DNA from: Monocercomonoides exilis PA203
Lineage: Eukaryota; Protista; Preaxostyla
Length of the DNA: 64,000 bases
Direction: 5' to 3'
Assembly: GCA_001643675.2 (NCBI GenBank)
Contig: LSRY02000010.1
Location: forward strand, 1,178,001-1,242,000
The notes beneath the pieces are model-generated. The model worked only from the letters and a program-made list of their open reading frames with translations, was not told where the DNA came from and made no database searches. The position numbers and the translations under genes are program-made. Below are positions 1-13,201 of this stretch, in pieces (position 1 is the first letter of the stretch; every line of letters starts with the position of its first letter).

Positions 1-225
1 TTTTGAAACTGACAAGTCAAACTTCTCCACGTTAAACGGATTTGTAAAAAAAATTTCAATAACAAATCCAAAATTCACAAAATATGAAAAAGAAAATAGA
101 TAACTAATTAAAATGATAATAAAATCTGCTTCAAAAACTAGTCAACAAAAACACTTCCATAAATAAAAACAATTACATCAAAAGAATAGCAACTGCAATT
201 CAAATCACAAAATTGAAGCACTGAT

Positions 226-290
226 AAAACAAAACAAAACAAAACAAAACAAAACAAAACAAAACAAAATAAAATAAAAATAAAAATAAA
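226..290. repeat. (AAAAC)n / (AAAAAT)n microsatellite
   Basis: Tandem AAAAC units followed by AAAAAT units, directly visible. Confidence 0.9.
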
Positions 291-646
291 AATGGGTGAC
301 TTTTTTTTGCAATCATATTTTTTCACACAAAAATTTCGGTGCAAAATATCTCTTGAATATCAATAATAAGAATTCTAAAAGTGAAAACACTTTTTGAGTA
401 CATTTTTATCTTTGATTCGGAAATGCCATTTGTTCTAAAAAAACAATTATCATGCTTTTTCTCTTTAGAATTTAATTTTTTTTTCAAAAAAAGAACAATT
501 TTTGAAAAATCAACACCCCGAAAATTTTTATGATTTCAAAAATAATCACCCAAATAAAATAAATATTAAAATAAAAATTAAATCAAAAATAAAATCAAAA
601 ATAAAATCAAAAATCAAAAATCAAAACAAAGAGCCAAACACAAAAG

Positions 647-2107
647 GGCATATGCTCATTTTCCCTTACAAGCCAAAAATAATTCAAACGTCTTTGTTTT
701 TATTTATTAATTGCAGTAATGCATAAATAACATGTTAATAATAGCAGGTTTTAGTTATTTCAATTTTAAAAGTGAATGAAAAAATAAAAAATTATTGTTT
801 AAAATGGTCATAAATGTTAAGATTCAGAATATTCACTAGCATCTGCTCTATCTCCTGGGTTATCGTATTCTTTTTCATGAATTTCAACTGCTTCCTGCTC
901 AATTTGGGGAACATCTGCTTCATCGTCTCCTTCTCCATCATCATAGTCATGGGGAAATGCAGCTTCAGTAGGTTTGTAATTTGTAACATTCCTCACAAAT
1001 CTTGGGAATATCATTTCTTTTTGTCGTTGAAGCAAAAATGAAGCAAAAAAATCATCAATGAACTTTTCTTTGATTCCACATGGAGGCAATGATCTTCTGA
1101 AATGAGACCAACAACCTTCTATTAAATTTGTACATACTCCTGTTTCTGTATTTTTGAATTCGTATTTGTGGCAAACTATCTGATGTTTGTAACTTAAGTA
1201 ATTCAAGCACTTATATGCACACCACTCATCACTGAAAATAGATGTTCATTTCTGAATGATGGCTTCAATGATGGGAATCAGAGTCTCCTTTTTTCTGTTT
1301 GGAACTCTGATAATTAAACATTTTCCAATTTCATCATTTTCTTTTCTTTCCACTGCACCAAAAAGCCATATTTGTTTCTTCTTTTTCCCTTTGTGGAACT
1401 TTCTTTTTCTTTGTGTTGCCTCATCTATTTCCACAATGTATCCTTCTCCTCCAAGAACAAACCTCACACTCGACATTCGAATTCCAATTGATTCTCGAGC
1501 AACAGAATACCAATAACCGACTGTATTTCAACCAACTCCAGTCAAATATGAGCACTGATCAATTCGAAAATTTTGCTCGAAATGCAAAAGAATAAGAAAA
1601 ATTGAGTTGATTTTGATATGACTTCGATAAAAAGATGTCTCCTTCAAATATGAATTGAATTTGTTGCATGCTGAACATCTCCATGATCGATTTGTTTCAT
1701 CAACTGTTGTTAGTTTCATATATCTTCTACAAGATGGGCATTTTTTCGTTTCATCAAAGTTGATTATATGAATGAACCACTCCCAACTCTTTTCTAAATC
1801 TTGAAATAGCTTGTTATAATCAGTAACATCTGATTTTTTATCAGGAACAAGAGACATGTGTGTAAAAATAATTAATAAACATTTGATTATTTTTGTTATA
1901 AATACTCATATTAACAAATTTTCCATATTTTGTGCACAAACAAAAAATATCAATTATGGGATTTTTGATCTTTTCAAAAAATTTTTCATTTTTGATGAAC
2001 GATTTTCCGCTATTAATTTGAATTGATAATTGCTTGAAATAATATTTTTTATTGTTTTGAAAAAAAATATTTATAAAATTTCATGTTAGGTTAAGTGTGC
2101 ACTTGCC
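647..2107 (-). mobile_element. Putative extent of the Merlin-like DNA transposon (degenerate TIRs)
   Basis: Left end GGCATATGCTCATTTTCCCT at 647 matches the reverse complement of the right end (GGCAAGTGCACACTTAACCT, ending 2107) at 14/20. Flanks CACAAAAG and (C)ACAAACAC resemble a decayed TSD. Similarity of 610-646 to 2907-2943 stops exactly at 646. Confidence 0.4.
817..1857 (-). pseudogene. Merlin/ISXO2 (IS1595-superfamily) DDE transposase, interrupted by two in-frame TGA codons
   Basis: ORFs 1528..1857, 1246..1476 and 817..1206 share one frame, broken only by TGA at 1528-1530 and 1246-1248. The read-through protein has a Zn ribbon (CPSC...WRCSAC), GGEGYIVEIDE, WLFGAVER, VPNRKKETLIPII, IFSDEWCAY and TNLIEGCWSHFR, which are ISXO2-type motifs. 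Confidence 0.85.
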
Positions 2108-2985
2108 ACAAACACTTGTTTATTTAAAAAATCGTGTTTTAAGCAAAAACAGTGAAATGAGAAAAAAAGGTCAAAAATTAAATTGAAAATGTTAAAAATA
2201 AGTTAAAATAATAATATAGGAATGTGGAATGCTGATGCTGTGGATTTAAACGCTCGGTACAAAATATTTGCCGGAAAACCATCAAGTCTTTGATCTGGGT
2301 CCTAAAATTATAAAAAATATTAATAATATTTTGAATATAAAAATATCAAAATTTTCTTCAACAGAATTCTGAAAAACAAAAATATCAAGAAGTCTATTTA
2401 TTTTGTTTTTGATTTAAGCCTTTTTACAAATCAAAAAAGCAAAAATAAGTTACAAAAAAGAAGGGTTGAGATAAAATTTTGAGGTCAAGATAAAATTTGC
2501 ACCCTATATCAAAAAATTGATAAAATTCGCATGACCTTGTTGGGCAATTATTTTAAAAATTCATATACAAGCATAAAAACATATTTAAAAAATACTCTAA
2601 TAAAAATAAGTTTAACACGAACATGGAAAAATAATACATAATTTGCATATCCAAAAATCTCAAAACATGAATAAGAAAAATTATAACTCTTCTTAATGAA
2701 AATAACAGCTGCTTCAAGAACTGTGCAACAAAAGCACAGTCAAAAATTTCAATAAACTCATAAACAGCAAAAGCAACTGCAACTGAAATACTAGTTACAA
2801 AATTGAAACACTGAAAAAATTTATTCTAAGATGATAAAATAAAATAAAATAAAAAAATAAAAATAAAAATAAAATCGAAAATAAAATCGAAAATAAAATC
2901 GAAAATAAAATCAAAAATCAAAACAAAGAACCAAACACAAAAGTTTGTGTGTAATTGGTCTGTCATTCACTTTTCCACATGCTGC

Positions 2986-5680
2986 TCAGACCAGCCACGA
3001 AAACGAACACTTCCGCAGAATCTTTTCCCAAAGTTCATGAATATCAGGATTGGTGGGCGGTTCATCAAAAATACTTTGATTCTCGTTCTCTTTCGCGTTT
3101 TCTTCTTCTTCCTTCTTCTTCTTTGCTTCCTCCTCCGCTCTTTTCTTTTCGGCTTCCTCTGCCTCAACTTCTTCTGCCTCTTTTCGATCCTCCTCATCGT
3201 AATACTTGTTGATCTCATCAATCGCTGCACTCAGTTCTTCAACATTCAGCTCCCTTTGCGTCACATCTATCAGCCTCTGATCTTTCTCTTTTTCTCGCAT
3301 CTCCTTCGCTTTCGCCTTTGCTTCCTCTTTCTCCTTCTTCTCCAGCTCTACTCGTTCCGCCTCCTCTTTTTCTTTCTTTTTCTTTCTTCGCTCATCTGCC
3401 CGTATTTCCTGCATTTCTCTGCTCCTCTTGCTCGGAGCTAATGCCTGCCACACAAACAGTCCTTTCTTCAAATCCACCCTTCGCTTAATCCACTTCACAT
3501 CCCCTTTCACTAGATACAGCCCCACACAAAACATTACATATTCAACAAACAGCCACACCAGCATCGGGACCAGTGAAAGCATCATGTTTCTTTCCATTTT
3601 GTGCGCCCGCTCAATCAGCTCGTCTGTCACAACCACCGCTGACATGAACCGCTCTGCTCCTTCCCATGCCTCTCCACTCGAAGTGGGCGGGTCAAACTTC
3701 CCAATCCCGTCCAAGCACAGCGATGGAATAAGCACAATGACAATCCCAATAGCTGATCCAAACACAATCCCACAGCACCGCATGCTCTTGCTGCATATCG
3801 TCTCGAAATCATAAACTTTTGATAGCTTCATGTTGAAAGCAAGAATATGGATCGGGATGATTGTCAGGAACAGCGGAATGAATGTTATTGTCCACGAACT
3901 GGTAATGTTGTCTGTTTGGTGGCCAACACACCCAATCATTCCGATCACACACATTCGCGTTCACACAAAAAGAACAGAATAAATAAAATGAATAAAATAA
4001 ATGAATAGAATGAATAGAATGAACGAAATAATGATTTTTGTGCATCACAGATTCAATAAATAAATAAATAAATAAATAAAAATGCAATGTCTTGTTTCTC
4101 AATCAATTCGCATGCACGCACTCACCCACTCTCCTTTGAAACTTTGCATACAACACATCTTCAAAGAAAATAACACCCATGTGGAAATAAGCCCGGACAT
4201 AGTAAGAAAAAATGTGATAAAAGTGAGACTCATCCTCTCTGGAAGTCTCAGCCAGGAATTGTATTCAACAAGCCCCGCGAGCATTCCTCCAAAGAAGGCA
4301 AAAAAATTTAATAAAAGAGATAATAAAATGGTTTCTGCGCTTGTCATCAATCGCCCATCTTCTGTGAATTTTTGTGTGACAGCTTCTGTGGCTGTTGCTT
4401 TTCTGAAAAGAACATCATAACCAGCACCACTTACCTTGATGCTCCTTTGAGGATACGGTTTCGTCACTGGACCATCAACCAAGCGATTGCGAATGTTAAA
4501 CGTGTGCGCATCTCCATTCACAAAATTGTCAAGATTCTTGCACAAAAAGACAAATATCACAATTAGGCAAACTAACGGCGCAGTGTTCATTCCAAATGAT
4601 ATACAAAATTTCTTTCGCTTTACCAAATACAGAGTAAAGAAAAAGAAAAACAATGTCAGCGTCACCAATGCAACAGTGAACTGGCCCTTTGACCGAGAGA
4701 GGCTGAAAGAAAAAACCGATCTGGTGACTTTGTTCGTCAAAAGATTCGACACATGCTCATCATCAGCCAGCCTGTCGAAAACTGGCCCACGGATAAAATT
4801 CGTTGCGTAGAAGATGGCAAAGAAAAAGAAGAAAAGAAACAGCATCAGCGATATCCATGTCAATGTGAACAAAATAAAACTCATCCACGGATGTTCGATT
4901 GTGCTTTTCAGATCGTGCACATCCCTCCATAAACTTTTTCTTTTCCCAAACAGCACTTCTGGAAAAGTCCCATACAACCGAATAGTGTCCTTCCATCCTT
5001 TCGAGCTCAGACCAAACCGAGTCTTGTCCGCAACATCCTGAACACAGAGCAAAGCAAAATACAAATCAACAAATCAACAAAAACGAGAAGAAGCCCATCA
5101 AAAAGAGAGCCGCCCGCTGTGGCTGCTCTGGCACAGCACAAAATACACACATCTGCATTGTTTGGATCGTACGTGTCCAGATTCTGGAACTCATCCTGGC
5201 TCATGTAGATGTTGTCTCTCAGCCGCGGCAGCTCCTCAACCACAATCTCATGCCAGTACCTTCATCCAGCCAAATCCCGTCAAATTGCACATGAAAAAAT
5301 TAAAATGCATGTCATACTCGTCCGTATCCAGTATCTTTCGGAAAAACTTTGACGTCCCCATCAGCCTCATTTTCGTTTTTGTGTCACATTTTTTCAAAAT
5401 CCTGCCAAATTTTCAAAAATACATCAAAACCCAACTAAAAATTTCACACTGCTTCCATATTTCGATCGGCATATCTGCACCACCAGCATTCAACGCAAAC
5501 CTTCCATTAACCGCAAAAAAGCAAAAATCAAAAAATGCACACTTTTCACATCCACAAGATCGCAATACTCATCTGACGAGCTGCTGGACATCATGTCTCC
5601 ATCAATTTCAACCATGGCAACCGATCTTTTGAACATCATCTCATTTGTTGAATTGTTAATATAAACTGATGAATTCATCG
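2986..5680 (-). pseudogene. Multi-pass membrane protein with a Glu/Lys coiled-coil tail, disrupted (pseudogene or assembly indels)
   Basis: Hydrophobic ORFs 4099..5064 and 2986..3954 plus upstream pieces 5007..5243 and 5490..5678. Frame changes near 5260 and 5060 lack clean GT-AG introns. A GTGAGT donor near 4125 has no clear AG acceptor. Confidence 0.45.
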
Positions 5681-6319
5681 ATCTGGTGAATTATATGTTT
5701 TGTCAATTCACACACCTTTGCTCAACATTCGATATTCATTCATTACGTTCATTAGCATTGCTGGACAATCTGGTTATTTTCTGGGATGTCTTTATTTGCA
5801 ACAAAATCTAATTTTAATATGAATATTCACAAAATTCAAAAAAAATAAAAAATAAAAAAATAAAATATTTGAAAATAATTAAAAATTGAACAGAAATCCA
5901 ACAGTATTTATTTCAACACAGCCATCAAATCACAACGCATTTTCGATTGAAAGGGTGAGGATGGATAGAAGCTGGAACGAAGACTGTTCGTAGGTGCGAA
6001 GCACAGACATCCAAGATAAGAATACTGCTGATTGAGTTTTGAATTTCGTGCAGGAGGGTCAGAGTGCAGAAGACAACATGCAGTGTGTCCGAAATGGTTT
6101 GAATTTTTTGGTGCATAAGGTGTTTCATTTTCGTTTTTCGTTCAACTTCTATCGCATGCGACACGAAATAAGCTTATGTGAGTGAAATGGGTACTGTCTG
6201 AAGCGAAAAAAAAAATGATTTGCTTCTTGTTGCAGAATGTGCGCTTTGATGCATGTTAGTAACTGATAAGAATCATTGTTTTTTATTTATCCTTTTTCGA
6301 AACAATTCTGGTTTTTTGG

Positions 6320-6800
6320 CAGATAAAGGAGATGAAAAAGAATTCGAGAGTGAAACAGACTGGAACGAGAACTCGGAGAACGATCCGGCTGAGGAAGAAA
6401 GTGGGCTGTTTATTGGCATGGCTGATGAAGATATTGACTCAGAATAAAACCAGCAAGTGAAAATGGTTCAACAAGAAAAAGACTTCGAGGAGAAATGCTC
6501 TGGAGAACTGTCAGATGTCAGCAGCGAGGATGGTGCCGAAATGTGCAATTGAGACATCAAAGGTCTTATCGCTGAAACTGAGGAAGAAAATGGTTTGGAG
6601 AGAGGAAAAGAGAGCGAAGAAACAAAAATGCAACAGCTGCAGGCAAGAAAATGGAGAGGAAGAAAATGTCTGGGAGTCAGCTGTCTCATCTCCTTCATGT
6701 GACTGGTTGCATCTTCAAAGGATGACTTCTACGGAAGAGTCGAGCAGAAATGGTTCTGTTGTGGATGAGAACTGAGAAACAATGCGAAGAAAAACGATAC
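6320..6800 (+). pseudogene. Decayed acidic ORF fragment
   Basis: One frame reads DKGDEKEFESE...DIDSE*NQQVKMVQQEKDFEEK...EMCN*DIKGLIAETEEENG...; coding-like composition with several in-frame stops. Confidence 0.35.
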
Positions 6801-6959
6801 TGATATGTGCGGTAAGGATGCTGAAGCGACTTTTTGTTCCATGAAAAAGAAAAAAGGAAAAAAGAACATCTGCTTCGTTTTTGATTTCTCTCTGAGAGCA
6901 GTTGAAGGTTAATTAACAACAAAAGGATGAGGAGGAGGAATAGGAGAAGCAACTTGAAG

Positions 6960-7786
6960 AACACAATCAGTGGAAATGGCTGAGTGAAGCGGAATGGATG
7001 CGAGGCAGAGTATGAGAAGGCAAAGGGCGAAGTTTGAGGGAAATGATTAAACAATCCTTCGGATATTGAAAGATGAGATTTAGGATGCAGAGGGGATGGA
7101 AAAGGACGAGAGCTGGGGAAGAGCACAGAGGAGTCGAAGGAGAGGAGCAGGGAAAGAGCGGGAAAGAGCGAATATCAGGAATAGGGAGCTGAAGTATGTG
7201 AGAAAAGAGGCTGAGTGGAATTGACGTGAGATTTTATGAATGGAGGAATGAGCCAGAGAGGAGAAGGGAGTAAGGAGCGGGCATCTGGGAGGAGATTATT
7301 TGGGGTAGAGAAGAGGGGGAAGGAGAGGATGGCTGGTTGGGGGATGGCGAGGGAGAAGTTTGTGAGGGCGAGTGAGGAATGGGCAGAGAGGAAAAGTGGA
7401 GATTTTGTTGCTGGTTTCACTTGGCAAGTGGAGGAGCAGATGGTTGCAGCTGAGTGGTGTTGGGCAGTGATGAGTGGACAACCAGTGAGAGGGATGATAT
7501 TGAGATGAGTCACACACAAGGAGGTGTTGATGATATTCAGATTTGTTCGAATACAACAAGCATGAACGCTCGATGAGAATATGACTTTTGCTGCACCTAT
7601 GTCATTTTTATTGTAGTATTTGTTGCTGCTGTTTTCAATGCTGATCGTGCTTTTTGGCATCTCCCAATTCATTTCTTGCTGATATTGTTTTTCGGCAATT
7701 CCTCTGCCATTGCTGCAATTAACAACAATAATTATAAGAGCAACAATATTTATTGCAGCTTTTACGTTGGTGGAGATATTCGCCAT
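6960..7786 (-). pseudogene. Truncated 5' fragment (copy C) of the giant receptor-like family
   Basis: MANISTNVKAAINIVALIIIVVNCSNGRGIAEKQYQQEMNWEMPK...LLPDA is nearly identical to the N-termini at 21943 and 53812. Stop at 7175; decayed pyrimidine-rich similarity continues to about 6960. Confidence 0.85.
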
Positions 7787-8309
7787 GAATGTGGACGCTG
7801 AAATAAAATGAATTTGAAAAAGAAAAAGAAAAAGAAAATTCATTTTTGTTTATATAAGAAATCTGACAAAAACATCACAAAAGGATAATGTCATTCATTA
7901 CGCATTCACACCATATTACAGATTTTCGAACGATCGAATCTTGTGCAACTAAATTTAACTTGCATCGTTTTTTTCTCTCAACCAAATGAAAATTCTTTTC
8001 ATTTTCTATTTTTTCACAAAAAGAATTTGAAGTTTTTTTATTCAACTTCAATAATTCTCATTTTTATTTTCATTTTTTGACTTCAGAGTCGGAGTAATTT
8101 TGGAATCTCAATTCTTTTATTCAATGAGAAATCAATTCGATTATTTTTTTTTTGATCATTTCACTGAATAGCGTTTTTACTAATAATTTGTTTACAAATT
8201 AAAAAGAAAAATAAAAACCATTTTGACCCATCGACATGGTAAAATAAAAAAAGATCAAGAGAATGTGAAATGTCAGATATTAAAATTCAAAAATTAAAAA
8301 TTAAAAAAT

Positions 8310-11090
8310 TCATGTGCTTTGTTGTGATTGCCTGTAAGAAGCACCCTGCGCTGCTGCAGTTTGCTGGTAATATTGTTGTTGCTGCTGTTGCTGTTGCTGT
8401 TGCAGCTGATACTGCATCATCTGCTCTTGCGACATAGTTTGCTGGTACTCGGGCTGGCTCGAATAAAGCGTCCTCGACCCCATCTGCGCAGCCATCTGCA
8501 GGGCAGCTGCCACAGTGGCCGAAGGCGATGCGGAGGGGCGGTACATCGACACAGACGTCATCGGATAGTACGTCCCCTGGTACATCACCCCCGTCATCCC
8601 TTGCTGCTGCTCCATTCCCGCTGTCCCCATCCCAGGCATCGGCGCAGGCGCAGGAGGGGAGGCAAGCGAAGATGAAGCCACAGGAGCAGCTGATCCGGCA
8701 GGAGGCGCAACACCATTTGAACCAACGCTTCCTCCAGGCGCTGTGATGGTGCTTCCGATGCTCGCAGCAGGCTGGCCCGAGGCTGAGGCAACAGGAAGCC
8801 TGGAAGAAAGAGGCGGGAAGTAGTTGTGGTACATCTGAGGCATCGACGACAGCGCCGCCGGCTCCTCTTTCTTCCGCTGGTGCATCCCTTCGCTCCACCG
8901 CCCCACTTTGCCTCCGCGCCGTGAGCCTCTCACACCACGCACTTCGAGTTCTGAAGCAGAGTAGCCATCGTCTGAGAAGTCTTCGTCGTCGTCGTCGTCT
9001 TCGTCCCCTGCTTTGAACTCGGAGTCGCTCTCATCGCCGTAGCTGTCGTACATCTTGCTCTTTCTCCTCCTCCTCTTCTCCTTCACCTCGCCCGCCAGCA
9101 TCGTCATCGTGTCCTTGCGCCTCGGGTGTCTGCCTCCGCTTTCATCGTCCTCGTCCTCGTCGTAGTCGTCCTGCTCGTCCAGCCCAGACTCCCCCGCCAG
9201 CGTCGACGCCAGCTCCTCCTCTAGCGCCTCCCCACGCAAATACTCATCTCTGCTGGCACTGCCGCCGCGAGAACCAGAAATAGAAGAGGAGCTCAGTGAA
9301 GAAGAAGAAGAAGAAGAGGCTGAGGAAGAAGAGGAAAGCGCAGATGCGATTTTCGGCGCAAGTGCTGCTTTGGGACGGAGCACAGCTGCCAACGTGTCGA
9401 AGCAGTTCTCAAAGTCTTTGTATGGAAGTGGTGTGGATTTTTTGCCGGCTGAAGATAGTAAACGAAGAATAAGAAAAATAATATTTTTATTTTTTTAAAA
9501 AAAAGATTATAATTATGTTTTCGCACATGAAAAGAAAGATATGAAGAAACGAAGAAACGAAGAAATAAAGGAAGAAAGAAAGCATTTCAAAGTTACTCAT
9601 GTAAAAGACAATCCAAACCTTTAACACAAGTCTCCTTCAGCCCAATGATGTCCTCTATTGTCTGTGCGCCTGCATGCTTCTCTTTGTTGGACACGTGGCA
9701 TATGCGGGGCGTAAGCTGCTCGTAATAGAGGCATTTTTCATCAGCCGTCAGAGGCTCATAAGTTGGAGTGTGCACGTGGCAGTACTGGACTGTGAGTGTA
9801 TCGCGACTCAAAGACGGGTTAGGGATGGTTTCGAAGCATAGAGCATCTATTGTTCAATATATCATTTCATAAGCGCAATGGGAAAATTAAGTAACAAATG
9901 CGATAAATGATAAAATAAATAAATAAATAAAATTGTTTATGATTAAAATTATCAATAATATTTAATTAAGAACACTTCAAAAATAAATAATTCAAACTTC
10001 TTGCAGCACAGTGGACATGAAAGTTGTTTTTGCAGCCATCAACACTGCATCTAACTGTTGCACCAGTTGGATTGTAGCAAATACAGCAAGATTCTTTAAA
10101 TCGATACTTTTTTATATTTTCAATGTTTGCACAGCCTTCCTCAAACGTGATCTGAAATAAAGAAAAATAATGAAACAATTATAAAAAAATGACGTGTTGA
10201 TTTTTTGTTTTCCATTGAAAAAAATAACTAAAAAATGGCACAAACTTCTGGAATATGAATTGCACATGATGCATGAATCCATCCTGCACCACCTGCCAAC
10301 TCACTCATAGCTCCACCAAGATGTCCACACAGCTTACATCGCAATTTTTGATTGGGTTTTCCATCAGGTGTTCGTGATTTTATTCCTTTTCTATTATTTT
10401 TTAAAAAATGAATTTTGTTTAAAAAACTAAAAGAAAAGAAAAAGTTGAAAAATTCAAACGAGCAAGGTCGGCAGAGCCAAGTTTCCTGCCCAACTTCTTC
10501 ATCTGTAATACCATAGCAATATTGATGGACGGCAGTTTGGCACCCATCACAATAGACGATAAGATCTTCTTGTGATGCTTCCATTTGACCGCATACCGAA
10601 CAAGTTCTTTCTAATAACGTTTCAGCAATTCAAAAAAATAAAATAAAAGCAATTTATGAATCATAAATATGTTGAAAAATCGAACAAAATGGGTAAAAGA
10701 ATTAAAATTGAAAAAAAAAATGGAAATTTTATTTTTCCATCAGAATAAAATTATATGATTTATTATTTTCTTGAATACAAAAATTAATAAAGCACGCTCT
10801 CCACGAAAAAAAATATTAACGCTTGTTACTTTCAAACCTTCTTCAGGTATCTCATCATCAAGAATGTCACATGGTTTGAATTTATAAGGGGGCTCTTCTT
10901 CTTCTGGATCAGTTTTAATGGGGTTTTGAAGTGTCGTTGTAGCTATTTAGTTATTTTATATTCAAATGTTATGGTAAATAATTCATGATTAAATTCCATA
11001 TGTAAAACAAATGAAGGGAATCTAAACAATTCAAAAATGTTATTCCAAACTCATCGGTGGAAGACCTTTCCGTTTGGGTTTTGCTGACAT
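8310..11090 (-). CDS. PZP (PHD - Zn knuckle - extended PHD) chromatin protein, BRPF/JADE/AF10/Nto1-like, with acidic and poly-Gln tail; 7 exons
   Basis: Splicing six GTTTG..AG introns gives a continuous frame from ATG 11090: CSVC...LIVYCDGCQTAVHQYCYG...WLCRPC, CKLCGHLGGAM...WIHASCAIHIPE, CCICYNPTGATVRCSVDGCKNNFHVHCA. Confidence 0.85.
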
Positions 11091-11418
11091 GAAATTGCAA
11101 ACAGTTTTTTAAAAAGATAAAAAATCTGAAGAAAAAAGATAGATCTTAACCGTTATTGAGATTCGTTTCAATGAAAGATTTTTCTTTGATCGTTGCCCCA
11201 TAAATAAGCATTGAAAAAGAAAAAAACAAATAATATCGAAAATTAACAAATGCAGAAGTGATTTTTCGCACGTTCTGGAATATATTGAGTATTGCACATG
11301 CAACTACAGAGCTTTTCTTTTTGTATCCGAACAATATCAACAGCAGAGATCTTTGCTATCTTTTTCGAATTAAAGTCAGAATTTAGATCCTATGGTAAGA
11401 ACATTCAATTATAATTGT

Positions 11419-13018
11419 TCATTCGTCTCCAATAGGTGAGGAAATGCGCTGCGAAGTTTTCGGTGGTGAACGAGGAGAGTGTGGAGTCGGAGACAAAGTT
11501 TGAATTGAAGATAACTCCATTGTTGAAGCACTTCTTAATCCTTGCTCGGTAATGACGAAGGGAATCGAAAGAGAAAACACGGAAACTGGACTTTTTAATA
11601 CAGTAGCTATCCGTATTGGAAGTTGCGTCGATGGGTCAAGACACTTTTTTTATGAAAGTTACAACAATTTGCAGCAGTTTTAGAAGCACAAAGAAAATAA
11701 AAAGAAATAATGATTGAGAAATAATATGAAATATCACATAAAAGAAAGAAAAGAACTAACCATTTTAAGTGCAATTCTATGAGTGACTGATTGAGTCCAC
11801 GAATCCCCCAGCGCAGGAACAAGGCGAGCTTCCCCTGATTGGCTCGTTCCAAAAGGAAGAGGAGACGGAGAAGGAGGAGACGGAGATGATGAAGATGAAG
11901 ATGAACTTGCTGTGGAAGACGATGGAAATGGTTTCGTTGTGACTTGATTCGTGCACACAACAGCAACATTATTCTGCCTGGCAATATTTTGAAGAGAAGA
12001 GCCGATGTCATGTATAATTCTCATTCTTTGCTGTCCATCATTCGTAAATGCATGACGTAGACATGCGGAGATTGAATCGACTACGACAAGCCGAACATTT
12101 GGATGAGATTGTAAAAATTGAGTCATGGATTTTATTGTTGCAATCAAAGTCGTATGAGTGTGAGTTCGAAAAACGAAAATACGACTCAAAAGTACTTCAA
12201 TCGAAGGACATCTTTGTATTCGTTGTAAAAATCAAAAACATTTTCATTTTTAAAAACAATTTAATAAAAAAAATAAATAAATACTCTGGTATCGATGAGA
12301 CTAACGATTTTGCCATTGCTTCAACTCTGTCAGGCATAAATGAGCCTTCAGTGTCTGAGATTAATTATATATACGAATTTTACTCGGTATAATTTTTCAT
12401 TAAAAACAAAAACATCAAACCAATATAGACAGCTTCAGGACTTTCTCCACAATGAAAGGCTGGAAGCTGAACTGCAAGGCAAAGCTGCATTGCAATTTGC
12501 GTCTTTCCTGTTCCCGGACTTCCACCTGAAAACAAAAAAGAAAAAATACTTTTAATTCTCACGGATGGAAGAATGAAAAAAATGATATACAAAATTCTGT
12601 GATTGTGCCAAAAGGAATTCCTTTTCCGAGAGCCGTATCCAATTCTTCACAAAGTGTTGGAATTGTTGGCATTGAAGCATGATGTTGAAGAAGTTCCCAT
12701 GCTGATGTTGATTGAAATTTATGTGATAATTGAACTTCCTTAAATTGCTGGGATATTTCCGAACTATCTTGTTTGGATTCTTTCCCACTGAATGCCTTAT
12801 ATATTTTTAGAATGTCATGAGCTTTTTCAATGGTGCATTCGAGTTCTATTGTAAATATTTGAAACTATTATTAAAAAATCGAACGAGAGATTGTAACCTT
12901 CCGCAAGATCAGATGGAGATATCCTTTCTAAATCTTCTGCAAAATTAAATCCAGAATTATGAAGAACACTCAATTGAGAAGGCGAAAAAGGAAATGTATC
13001 CAACGATACGCGAGACAT
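11419..13018 (-). CDS. RAD51C: RAD51 paralog C; 6 exons
   Basis: Spliced frame gives Walker A CGSPGTGKTQIAMQLCLAVQLP, AVYIDTEGSF, Walker B LVVVDS, AVVCTNQVTTK and LVPALGDSW (typical of RAD51C). Stop TGA at 11419. Confidence 0.85.
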
Positions 13019-13201
13019 TTATTTTTGTGGGTAGGATCTTTTGTTTTTTGAGATGAAGAAACAAAATTTTGGAAAGAAATGGAAAATAAAATTATCAAAT
13101 AAATAAAAACAAGACGTTATTTTTTCATAAATTAATGTAAATATATGTGAATAATGAATTATTTTTTAAAAAAGAGATTTGTTTGTTGAAATGGAAATTA
13201 T

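Noticed and set aside
1246-1530. Stop-codon reassignment or readthrough (in-frame TGA here and at 61042; TAA in the pogo relic), given that some oxymonads read TAA/TAG as Gln
   Set aside because: Intact genes end in TGA, TAG and TAA, and multi-kb ORFs have no internal stops. The two transposase TGAs sit at positions expected to hold different residues (Arg/Lys-like and Gly), and other relics also carry frameshifts.
338-2503. Alternative TIR pair for the Merlin element (338-356 vs 2485-2503, 16/19 match)
   Set aside because: No target-site duplication and it does not coincide with the break in flank homology at 646; it may belong to another decayed element.
5925-6164. 79-aa ORF with HPHPF..W.C resembling a C1/DC1 start
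   Set aside because: Too short, interrupted by a stop, and remaining ligands are not identifiable.
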